The position numbers and the translations under genes are program-made. From Alphaproteobacteria bacterium (GTDB lineage Bacteria; Pseudomonadota; Alphaproteobacteria; UBA828), in contig OZ243972.1 in NCBI GenBank assembly GCA_965214705.1, positions 2,560,001-2,624,000 on the forward strand: 64,000 nucleotides of DNA, in the 5' to 3' direction. The notes beneath the pieces are model-generated. The model saw only the letters and a program-made list of their open reading frames with translations, was not told the DNA's origin and searched no databases. Shown here in pieces: positions 41,599 through 50,222 of the stretch. The stretch's first letter is position 1. Every line of letters begins with the position of its first letter.

Positions 41599-42678
41599 TC
41601 AGGCGCGCAGCCTGTCGCCGCTCGCACTGTCGAAGGCCAGGACGTACGCCGGATCGGCGCCGATTCTGATCGTCGTTCCGTGACGAAGCGCATCGTTGCG
41701 CTTGATCCTCGCGGTGACCTCGGGCCCCGACGTGGACAGGCCTACGATGGTCTCGGCACCCAGATGCTCGACCACTTCGAGGCGGCCGTCGATGGTGGCC
41801 CAGCCTTCGGGCGGATCGAGCTCGAGAAACTCGGGCCGGATGCCCAGCTGGACCGAGCCGGCCCGGCCCGCGGGATGGCTCGCCGGCAGCGATATCGCCA
41901 GGCCGTCCACGGCGACGGACAACGCACCGTTGCCGGACGTCACACGGCCATCGAAAAGGTTCATCGCGGGGCTACCGATGAAGCCGGCGACGAAGGCGTT
42001 GTCGGGATCGTCATAGACCTCGAGCGGGGTCCCCGACTGCTGTATCTCGCCCTCGTTCATCACCACGATGCGGTCGCCCATGGTCATCGCCTCGACCTGA
42101 TCGTGCGTGACGTAGATCATGGTCGCCTCGAGCCTATGGTGAAGCCTGATCAGCTCGGCCCGCATCGCGGTGCGCAGTTTGGCATCGAGGTTGGAGAGCG
42201 GCTCGTCGAACAGAAACACCGCAGGATCGCGCATGATGGCACGGCCCAAGGCGACGCGCTGCTGCTGTCCGCCGGAGAGCGTCTTGGGCTTGCGCGGCAG
42301 CACCTCGGCAATGCCAAGGGTTGTCGCCACCTCATGAACGCGGCGATCGATCTCGTCCCTCGGCATCTTGCGTAGCTTGAGCGCGAAGCCAAGATTCTGT
42401 GCAACGGACATATGGGGATAGAGCGCGTAGGACTGGAAGACCATGGCGACGTTTCGGTCCTTCGCATGAACCCGTGCGACGTCGCGCTCACCGATGAGAA
42501 TCTGACCCGACGTGACTTCCTCCAGGCCGGCGATCATGCGAAGCGAAGTGGTCTTGCCGCAGCCGGACGGCCCGACCAGCACAACCAATTCTCCGCTGTT
42601 GATGGTGAGGTCGATTGCGTCGACCGCGATGACCTCGCCAAATTTCTTGGTCAAATTTTGGAGCCTGACATCGGTCAT
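41599..42678 (-). CDS. ABC transporter ATP-binding subunit (MalK/UgpC type)
   Basis: GPSGCGKT, LSGGQQQR, DEPLSNLD, VTHDQ. Confidence 0.95.
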   Translation of the reverse strand: MTDVRLQNLTKKFGEVIAVDAIDLTINSGELVVLVGPSGCGKTTSLRMIAGLEEVTSGQILIGERDVARVHAKDRNVAMVFQSYALYPHMSVAQNLGFALKLRKMPRDEIDRRVHEVATTLGIAEVLPRKPKTLSGGQQQRVALGRAIMRDPAVFLFDEPLSNLDAKLRTAMRAELIRLHHRLEATMIYVTHDQVEAMTMGDRIVVMNEGEIQQSGTPLEVYDDPDNAFVAGFIGSPAMNLFDGRVTSGNGALSVAVDGLAISLPASHPAGRAGSVQLGIRPEFLELDPPEGWATIDGRLEVVEHLGAETIVGLSTSGPEVTARIKRNDALRHGTTIRIGADPAYVLAFDSASGDRLRA

Positions 42679-42841
42679 GCAAAAACACCGAAGTAGATAA
42701 ATTCCATCGTGACAAAGATGCAGATTCCCCAGAAGCGGAGTGCCCCGGGCGTAAAGAGATTCTTGCGCGAATTCCAAAGTCCCAGACCGACAATGAACGG
42801 GACGGAAACGCCGAAGACCGCCAGATGGGGAAGCATTGGGC

Positions 42842-43027
42842 CTATTCCCTCGGCGCCTTGAGCAGGAAGAGGAACGGTGCGGCCGCGATCAGAGGTAGAG
42901 CGAATAGGCCGACCGGAACAACCGCGACATGCGATACGCCGGCTTCAATCAGCCCACCGCACACCACGACAACCAAGAAACAATAAAGAAGCGTATAGAG
43001 AGTCGCCCGCAGGTCTCCCCGCTTCAT
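42842..43027 (-). CDS. Small two-TM membrane protein (61 aa)
   Basis: MKRGDLRATLYTLLYCFLVVVV...PFLFLLK; GGAAGG upstream. Confidence 0.5.
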   Translation of the reverse strand: MKRGDLRATLYTLLYCFLVVVVCGGLIEAGVSHVAVVPVGLFALPLIAAAPFLFLLKAPRE

Positions 43028-43281
43028 GGAAGTCGCCTTCCTCTCCCATTCCGCCGTTCGACGGCGGGGCCATGCATGGTAGGCCATCGGGACGAGACCG
43101 CTCAAGCGCCGAGTCCGGAACGTGTGGGCGGTTGGGGTCGGGAATTCCTGGATGAACGCGATTGATCGTTCGGCTATGCTCTCCAGGTCGGCTCAACCAG
43201 CACCGAAGAATGGCACGCCGGCAACGGAGGTGGAGGAGCCCGGCTAAGGGCACCCGCCCAACAAGACATGGGAGGCACTCG

Positions 43282-44673
43282 ATGAAAGCGTTCGTACGCC
43301 GGGGCGCCGTTGGCCTGTGTGCCGCTGCGGCCCTGGGACTCGGCCTTTCGAACTCGGAGGCGCAGGCCTGGTCCCTCGAAGAAGCAGCCGCACCTTACAA
43401 GGGAAGCGAGATCAATATCATTTGCGAGGGTTATCCGCCCTGTTACGCGCTGCAGGAAGTTTCGGCGGAGTTCAGTGAGATTACCGGTATCACGGTCAAC
43501 TTCGAATTCGGCGATCTTCTCGCCATCGCGCAACGAATGGTTGCCGAGCAACTGACCGAATCCGAACACTTCGACGGGATGCAGGTCCTCTCCTATCACT
43601 TGGCTCTATTCGGAGAACAGAATTTCGCGACACCGATGTCCAAGTTTCTGGACGATCCAGCCCTCAGGGATCCTAACTTCGATTGGGAAAACTTCGTGCC
43701 CGAACTGATCGCCCAAAGCTCCATGTACAAGGGCGAGGCCATCGCGCTGCCGTTCCAGTTTCTCGCCACCTTCGGCGTGATCCGCAAGGACATCGTCGCG
43801 GATCCCGGCGAGCGCGCCGCGTTCAAGGAAAAGTACGGCTACGACCTGCCCGAGCCCGGACTGATCATGGAGATGCCGAGCTACGAGAAGTGGCGCGACA
43901 TCGCCGCGTTCTTCCGCCGTGACGCGGGCGAGACGTTGGCCGGGCAGACCCTGGAACAGGATTTCTATGGCATAAGCTCGCCGTTCAAACGGCATCTCAC
44001 CGTGTTCTGGTTCACTTGGGCAAACCTGGTGGCGCACGGCGGTGAGATCTTCGATGCAGAGGGCAACGTGGCGCTGGGCAAGAACTCGGCGGCGGTCGAT
44101 ACGGTCCAGTTCCTGCTCGACATGCGCGAGTACGCGCCGCCTAGCTATCGCGAATACACTTGGGACGAGCAGTATCGCGATTTCTGCGCGGGCCTCATCT
44201 TCAGCACCACCTTCTGGCCCGATGCGGTCTACTACCTCGAAGATGCAAACGAGTGCGTCTCGGCGGGCAACATCGGCTACTTCGCTCTGCCCGCGACTCA
44301 CGCGACGCTGCCGTTTGTCTACTCCTACGTCGTGCCGCCCACTTCTACGAATGCTGAGGCATCCTTCCTTCTCATGCAGTGGGCGCTCTCGCAGGATGTC
44401 CAGACCCGGGCGACGCCGCTCGGCTGGATTTCGAGCGTGCGCAAGGATGTCATCGCCCTGGATTGGTCGCATGAGAAGCAGATCGAAGGCGACATGGCGA
44501 TCCAGAACGTCATCGGTGAGAACGGCTGGTTCTACGCCTTGCCTCACCACCCGGCGCTGATCGCGGCGCAGGACATCATGATGGATGAGTTGAGCGCGGC
44601 GGGTGCTGACGAGATCGACGCCCAGACGGCCGTCGACAACATCATCGAACGTCTTGAAAAGGTCATCAACTAG
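43282..44673 (+). CDS. ABC transporter substrate-binding protein (CUT1 family)
   Basis: Signal peptide, WSLEEAAAPYKG; GGAGG RBS; precedes two permeases. Confidence 0.88.
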   Translation: MKAFVRRGAVGLCAAAALGLGLSNSEAQAWSLEEAAAPYKGSEINIICEGYPPCYALQEVSAEFSEITGITVNFEFGDLLAIAQRMVAEQLTESEHFDGMQVLSYHLALFGEQNFATPMSKFLDDPALRDPNFDWENFVPELIAQSSMYKGEAIALPFQFLATFGVIRKDIVADPGERAAFKEKYGYDLPEPGLIMEMPSYEKWRDIAAFFRRDAGETLAGQTLEQDFYGISSPFKRHLTVFWFTWANLVAHGGEIFDAEGNVALGKNSAAVDTVQFLLDMREYAPPSYREYTWDEQYRDFCAGLIFSTTFWPDAVYYLEDANECVSAGNIGYFALPATHATLPFVYSYVVPPTSTNAEASFLLMQWALSQDVQTRATPLGWISSVRKDVIALDWSHEKQIEGDMAIQNVIGENGWFYALPHHPALIAAQDIMMDELSAAGADEIDAQTAVDNIIERLEKVIN

Positions 44674-44695
44674 GCGGCGATCGTCGCTTTGAGTT

Positions 44696-44730
44696 GCCCG
44701 GCCCGATGATTTCGGGCTGGGCTTCTTTTT
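44696..44730 (+). terminator. Rho-independent terminator between SBP and permeases
   Basis: GCCCGGCCCGA-TGATT-TCGGGCTGGGC-TTCTTTTT. Confidence 0.7.
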
Positions 44731-44773
44731 CCATGTCTGTCGGCAGCCGTCCTCGGCTCGATCAGGTAAGTTG

Positions 44774-45691
44774 ATGCAGGATCGCGGCGACACAGCGAAG
44801 GTGCGCTTAGGCAAGTTCGATCTGAATTCCGAACGGGCGTTTCTTTGGGTCTGCCTCGTCCCTGTGCTCGTTTTTTTGGCTATTGTCGCGGTTGCGCCGA
44901 CCACGGCAGCGATTATCGACAGCTTCCGCGAGCTTTCCCTTGTCTCGTTCGGTGCACGCGGCGATTTCATCGGCTTCGAGAACTACGGGGAACTTCTCAG
45001 CAGCGACCAAAAATTCTACACGGCGGTCTGGCACACGTGCCTGTTCGTAATCGTCGTCGTTCCCATCGAATTCTGTGGCGGTCTCGCCATCGCGCTGTGG
45101 ATCAACCGCGAGTTCCGTGGACGGCGCGTGATCCTCACGTTGATCATGATTCCGACGGTCATCGCGCCGATCGTGGTCGGTTTGATCTGGTATCTCTTCT
45201 TCTTGCCGACGTTCGGTCTGTTCACCCAGGGCCTGAACGATCTGGGATTGTTCCGGGATACCGGGGTGTTTTCCACGCCGGAATCCGCGCTCGCCGTTCT
45301 CATGCTGATCGACATCTGGGAATGGACGCCGTTCGTCATGCTGATCCTGTTGGCGGGGCTGACGGCGATGCCGAAGGCGCCGATCGAGGCAGCGACGCTG
45401 GACGGCGCGTCGCGGCGGCAGATCCTCTGGTACGTGCAGATACCGTTGCTCCGCCCGCTCATCGTCATCGCCCTGCTGCTGCGCTCCATCGACGCCAGCA
45501 AGATCTTCGATACCGTCTACGTGCTGACCGGCGGAGGGCCCGGCGACTCGACCGAGATGGTGACGACATTCGCCCACCGAACGAGCTTCATGACCTGGAA
45601 CCTGGGCTACGGCGCGGCGATCTGCCTGGTTCTGGCCTTCGCATCCCTGGTCATGGCGGCGATCTTCTACAGGGTCGTGGCGAGGCCCTAG
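44774..45691 (+). CDS. ABC transporter permease
   Basis: DIWEWTPF, EAATLDGA, LTGGGPG. Confidence 0.93.
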   Translation: MQDRGDTAKVRLGKFDLNSERAFLWVCLVPVLVFLAIVAVAPTTAAIIDSFRELSLVSFGARGDFIGFENYGELLSSDQKFYTAVWHTCLFVIVVVPIEFCGGLAIALWINREFRGRRVILTLIMIPTVIAPIVVGLIWYLFFLPTFGLFTQGLNDLGLFRDTGVFSTPESALAVLMLIDIWEWTPFVMLILLAGLTAMPKAPIEAATLDGASRRQILWYVQIPLLRPLIVIALLLRSIDASKIFDTVYVLTGGGPGDSTEMVTTFAHRTSFMTWNLGYGAAICLVLAFASLVMAAIFYRVVARP

Positions 45692-45701
45692 GAATCGCAT
45701 A

Positions 45702-46517
45702 ATGCGCCGCCTGCGACAGATACTCTACTCCGTGCCGATAGGTATTCTGCTGATTACCACCGTGTTCCCGTATGCCTGGGTTCTCATGGCGAGCTTCAAG
45801 GTTCATCAGGACCTTTTCTCCAGACCGATCAGGTGGCTGTTCAGCCCCACAGTCGAAAACTACGTGGAAATATTGGACAAGGGATTCGGCGGTTACTTCC
45901 TTAATTCGGTGATCGTCGGCTTCTGCAGCACTGCATTGTGCCTCTCCATCGGCACCCTCACGGCCTATGCGCTTTCACGCTATCGGGTGCCGGCCGGCCA
46001 GCATCTCTTCTTCTACATCCTGGCGACTCGCTTGGGTCCGCCGATCGCCTACGCGCTCCCGATGTATCTGATCTTCGACCGTATCGGCATCGCCAACTCT
46101 CTAATCGGCGTCATTCTGGCCCATGCGACCTTCAATCTCGTGCTCGTGGTCTGGATGATGAAGTCGTTCTTCGACGACGTTCCGCGCGAGGTGGAGGAGG
46201 CGGCCTTTCTCGACGGCGCCGGCCCGTTCCGCGTGTTCTTTCAGATCGCCCTGCCGATGACGTATACAGGCCTGGTGGCAGTCATCATCTTCGTCCTGAT
46301 TTTCTCCTGGAACGAACTTCTGTTCGCCTTAGTGCTTACCGGCGGCGAGGACCGCACGTTCACAGCAATGATCCCGTCGCTGGTGGGACATCCCAAAGGA
46401 CTTTGGCCGCAGGTCGCAGCCGCCTGTATCTTCCAGAGCGTGCCGGTTCTGGTCCTGATTTTCTTCGTGCAACGCTACTTGGTGCGCGGCCTCACCTTCG
46501 GCGCGGTGAAGGGCTAA
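45702..46517 (+). CDS. ABC transporter permease
   Basis: EEAAFLDGA, FSWNE, LVRGLTFGAVKG. Confidence 0.93.
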   Translation: MRRLRQILYSVPIGILLITTVFPYAWVLMASFKVHQDLFSRPIRWLFSPTVENYVEILDKGFGGYFLNSVIVGFCSTALCLSIGTLTAYALSRYRVPAGQHLFFYILATRLGPPIAYALPMYLIFDRIGIANSLIGVILAHATFNLVLVVWMMKSFFDDVPREVEEAAFLDGAGPFRVFFQIALPMTYTGLVAVIIFVLIFSWNELLFALVLTGGEDRTFTAMIPSLVGHPKGLWPQVAAACIFQSVPVLVLIFFVQRYLVRGLTFGAVKG

Positions 46518-46626
46518 ACCGCAATTCTCGCCAGGCGCAGCGCGAACGTCAGGGATAGCCGCCGCCGGTCGCGTCGTTTCCGCCGTCGACGGAGAAATTC
46601 GTTCCGGTGACATAGCTGGAGAGATC

Positions 46627-48292
46627 GTAACTGCCCAGGTCGCTTACTGAGGTGATTCCGGTGTTGGGGAGTTCTTGCCCGGTAGGCTCACGCGCACTTG
46701 ACGGTGGCGATGAGTTGGTCCGATGGGCTGATCAGGGCTTCGATGATGTTCCAGCCCTGCTTTCTGGCGGTGGTGATCACGCTGCGCAGGATGGCGAAGT
46801 TCTCGGCCCCCTTTGCGGATCGGAAGCCGCCGGAGATCTTCTGGCGCAGCTTCATCATCCGCAGGTCGCGCTCGGCCTCGTTGTTGGTAAACGCCACTTC
46901 GGGGTCGGTCAGGAAGCGGAGAACCGCGCATTTTCGATCGCGCAGGCGCAGGGCGAGGTTGTGGCCGATCCGCCGCTTCTTGCGTCCCCGCTTTCCGGGC
47001 TTGGGAGGCGAGAGCGGCGGCTGGCTCTCGTGGAAGGCCAGCGCCTCGGCAATGATCTCGTCGTATCGGCGCTCGATCAGCGCCACAAGCGTCGCCGGAA
47101 CGGCGATATCCTTGTCCTGCGCGATCCGGGCGGCGCGATTGGCCCGGCGCAGGAGCTGCTGCATGCGTCCGGCCCAGCCTTCCCCTTCGATGTCCACCAG
47201 CGCCTGCAACTCCCGCAGGTGGTGGGCGTTGCACAAGCCGTGCTCCACCCCCTCCAACGTGAAGTACGGCTTCCAGTGATCGTGAACGACGATACCGGAA
47301 ACACCCAAGAGCAGGTCGCCGCGCTTGGCGCTGACCCGGAATGCCGCCAGATGCGGCGTGCAGATCACATGGAGCCACTGCGTTTGCCCGCCAATCCGGA
47401 ACCCGGTCTCGTCGAGGTGCTTCACCCGCGCCGTGCCCGCCGCAAGCTCCTGTATGTGGGTGGCAACTCCCCGCAGCCGATCGGCCGCCCTCTCGCTCAT
47501 CGCCGCCAGTGTCGCAGCCGTCACCGGCGCGCCGAACAGCTCCGCCATCACCTGCGACAGCCGGTCCTCCGGCAGGAAGTGGGCGTGCTGAAGGTAGACC
47601 GCCACGCCTGCAATGCGCGACCCGTACTGCACCGGTGCCGACACCCCCTCGGGGAACGCTGCACGGGTCAGCGTGCCGCAATGCCCGCAGCACTTGGCAT
47701 GCGCCCGGTGCTCGGTCACCTCCAGCGCACGCGCCTCGGGCAGGTCGAAGACCTGGCGGGCGTGCGACACCCCTGCCGTGGCCGCCGCCGACAGGGACGA
47801 ACCGCATCCCTCGCAGGCAGCCGGAACGTGGTTCTCCACCCGGTCCGGGTGATCCGTGCGGCGCAACGTCTCGCCCTTGTGGCCGGGCTGACCGCCCGGC
47901 TTGCGCCCCGATTTGCCCCGCTGGCTTTGGGTCCGCCGCTTGGCCCTCGGCTTCTTCAACCCATCGCTCGACGGCGGCTTGGCGCTGTTGCGACTGCTCA
48001 GTCCGAGACGGCGTTCCAACTCCTCGATACGCTCGACAAGACGCGTGTTTTGTTCCTCCAGCCGCGCATTCTGCTGCCGAAGCCAGGCGTTCTCCTCCTC
48101 CAGGCGAGCGATCTTCTGCTCGGAACTTTCGGGCCGTGCCCCCGTTGAAGGGCCGCGCGGCGACTCGGGATTGCTCATGTCGTTGTTGAGTCATTTTCCG
48201 AAACTTCCGTCAACCCCCTCGTGTCAACTCCAAACTGGCCGTGCCTCAACCCCAAGGTTCAAAATGACAAATCAGACAACCTGGGCAGTTAC
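46627..48292 (-). mobile_element. IS66-family element (single-ORF type), 1666 bp
   Basis: TIRs GTAACTGCCCAGGT / ACCTGGGCAGTTAC; 8-bp TSD GAGAGATC at 46619-46626 and 48293-48300. Confidence 0.95.
46688..48178 (-). CDS. IS66 transposase
   Basis: NSAKPPSSD, GGQPGH.G, CEGC/CCGHC, DETG, VHDHW, CNAH, NNEAERDLR. Confidence 0.95.
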   Translation of the reverse strand: MSNPESPRGPSTGARPESSEQKIARLEEENAWLRQQNARLEEQNTRLVERIEELERRLGLSSRNSAKPPSSDGLKKPRAKRRTQSQRGKSGRKPGGQPGHKGETLRRTDHPDRVENHVPAACEGCGSSLSAAATAGVSHARQVFDLPEARALEVTEHRAHAKCCGHCGTLTRAAFPEGVSAPVQYGSRIAGVAVYLQHAHFLPEDRLSQVMAELFGAPVTAATLAAMSERAADRLRGVATHIQELAAGTARVKHLDETGFRIGGQTQWLHVICTPHLAAFRVSAKRGDLLLGVSGIVVHDHWKPYFTLEGVEHGLCNAHHLRELQALVDIEGEGWAGRMQQLLRRANRAARIAQDKDIAVPATLVALIERRYDEIIAEALAFHESQPPLSPPKPGKRGRKKRRIGHNLALRLRDRKCAVLRFLTDPEVAFTNNEAERDLRMMKLRQKISGGFRSAKGAENFAILRSVITTARKQGWNIIEALISPSDQLIATVKCA

Positions 48293-49350
48293 GAGAGATC
48301 GCTGGCCAGAAACAGCACGCAATTCGCAACTTCGCCGGGCTTGGCCAGACGACGCATGGGCACGCCCGATGCGAGCTCCTCCGGCGTACTGCCGGCCTCC
48401 TTCAGCATCTCGTCGACCATCTGGGTATGCACCTCGCCAGGGCAGACAGAGTTGACCCGGATGTTTTCCTGCGCGTGGTCGAGGCTCATGCAGCGGGTCA
48501 TCTGCACCACGGCACCCTTGCTCGTACAATAGGCGAGGTAGCCGGGCTCACCGTTGAGACCCCATTCAGAGGCAAGATTGATAATGCAGCCACCTCCCTG
48601 CTTTCGCATCTGAACAACCGCCGATTTGCTGATCACAAAGAGCGAGGTAATGTTGACGTCGACAATCTCGCGCCATTGCTCCTCGGTGGTTTCCACGACG
48701 TCGCCGGCGCTGAGAACGCCCGCATTGTTCACCAGCACGTCGAGAGAATCGAAGCGCTCGACGGTCGCCGAGACGAGCCTGTCCCCGACCCCGTCGTCGC
48801 GAACATCGCACGCCAGGAAATCCGCATCGGCGCCCCGGTCTTTCAGCGCCGAGACGACGGAAGCGCCGCGCGCTTCGTCGCGCCCGGTGACCATCACCGC
48901 CGCCCCGGCCTCTGCGAAAACATGGGCACAGGCTTCCCCGATACCGGTGGTCGATCCGGTGATCAACGCGACTTTTCCACTGAGGTTTATCATCGCGATA
49001 CGCGCCTCTACGGTCGAATATTGGTTTTTCCAAGGGAAAACCGTGTAACGAGACGATCAAGATAGAATTTTGCCGATAGCGGTACAAGCGCACGGTCGAA
49101 TACAGGTGGTCAGATCGCGAGAGGCTAGCCCGCCCTGGAGCCGTCGCACGGCGCTCGCCGAGCCACCGGGCTTTAAGACTCCGCTTGCTGCGTGCCGCGA
49201 CCCGTTGCGTGCCGCCCGATAGCGACGGAGATGTGATAAGGTCGAAGGATGACTTTCTCGTTGGCCTGGCCCGGCGCTATTGCCGGGACCGGCATCCGGT
49301 TCAAACGACTTATCGCAACTAGTTGACCGTTCGTTTTTCGGGGACTTGTC

Positions 49351-50208
49351 ATGAAGGAACTCAAAATCCGGCCCGAAGACATCGAGCAATTCGATCGGGA
49401 CGGTTTCATCGTTTTCGAGGAATTCTTGGACCCGGATGAGGTCGATTGCCTCAAGTCACGCTTCGAGCTGTTGTTCCACGGTCACTGGGAAACAGGACTG
49501 GCTCCAGACGAAGTCAATTGGCAGTACGGGCGCGACAGGAATGACAGGACGCGCCAGCTCTGCAACACCTGGAAGGCGGATTACGCCGTGGCGGACGTCG
49601 TGCTCCGGCCCGCGGTTGGACGCATTGCCGCAGAGCTCTCCCGCTGGGACGGAACGCGGCTTCACCTCGACAACGTCATCTGGAAACCACCCGGCGCCTC
49701 GGGGCTTGCGATGCACCAGGACGGCAGCTACGGGCATTACATGGTGCCGAATGCGATGACCTCGCTGTGGATGGCTCTCACGGACACCTCGGCCGAGACC
49801 GGCACCGTGCTCTACGTGCGCGGCTCCCACAGGTGGGGAGAAACGCCCAAGCCGGACACCTTCATCGTCGACGATCATCTGGCGCCCATGCACCAGGCCG
49901 CTCGGCAGGCTGGCGTCGACGATCCCGACGTCGTCGCTGTGGAGGTTCCGGCAGGCGGCCTTGCCGTGCACTCGACATGGATATGGCACGGCTCCGGCCA
50001 CAACACTGCCGAGACGCCACGCCAGGCGGTCGTCGCGCACTGCACGCCATCGACCGCCCGCTTCCACCCCACGAACACGACGCACGTCTATGCCCGCTAC
50101 CGGCGCCATGCGGACACGTCGATGGACGAGAGCTTCTTTCCCATCCTCTGGACCCGCGACGGCTACCGTACGCCGTGGCTGAACGACTACGTCGCGAGGA
50201 GAGGCTGA
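49351..50208 (+). CDS. Phytanoyl-CoA dioxygenase (PhyH) family Fe/2-oxoglutarate dioxygenase
   Basis: MHQDG, WMALTD, GSHRW, WHGSG.N...PR. Confidence 0.9.
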   Translation: MKELKIRPEDIEQFDRDGFIVFEEFLDPDEVDCLKSRFELLFHGHWETGLAPDEVNWQYGRDRNDRTRQLCNTWKADYAVADVVLRPAVGRIAAELSRWDGTRLHLDNVIWKPPGASGLAMHQDGSYGHYMVPNAMTSLWMALTDTSAETGTVLYVRGSHRWGETPKPDTFIVDDHLAPMHQAARQAGVDDPDVVAVEVPAGGLAVHSTWIWHGSGHNTAETPRQAVVAHCTPSTARFHPTNTTHVYARYRRHADTSMDESFFPILWTRDGYRTPWLNDYVARRG

Positions 50209-50222
50209 GAGAAAGCCTCCTA

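Larger units (their letters stand above)
46549..48993 (-). pseudogene. SDR oxidoreductase split by IS66
   Basis: 5' part TGSTTGIG, NNAG, YCTSK ends ...FLASDLS; beyond the IS it continues DLSSYVTGTNFSVDGGNDATGGGYP* (46626-46549). Confidence 0.92.

Noticed and set aside
49316-49325. Palindrome CAACTAGTTG upstream of PhyH as an operator
   Set aside because: Only 10 bp, no second copy noticed and no regulator nearby
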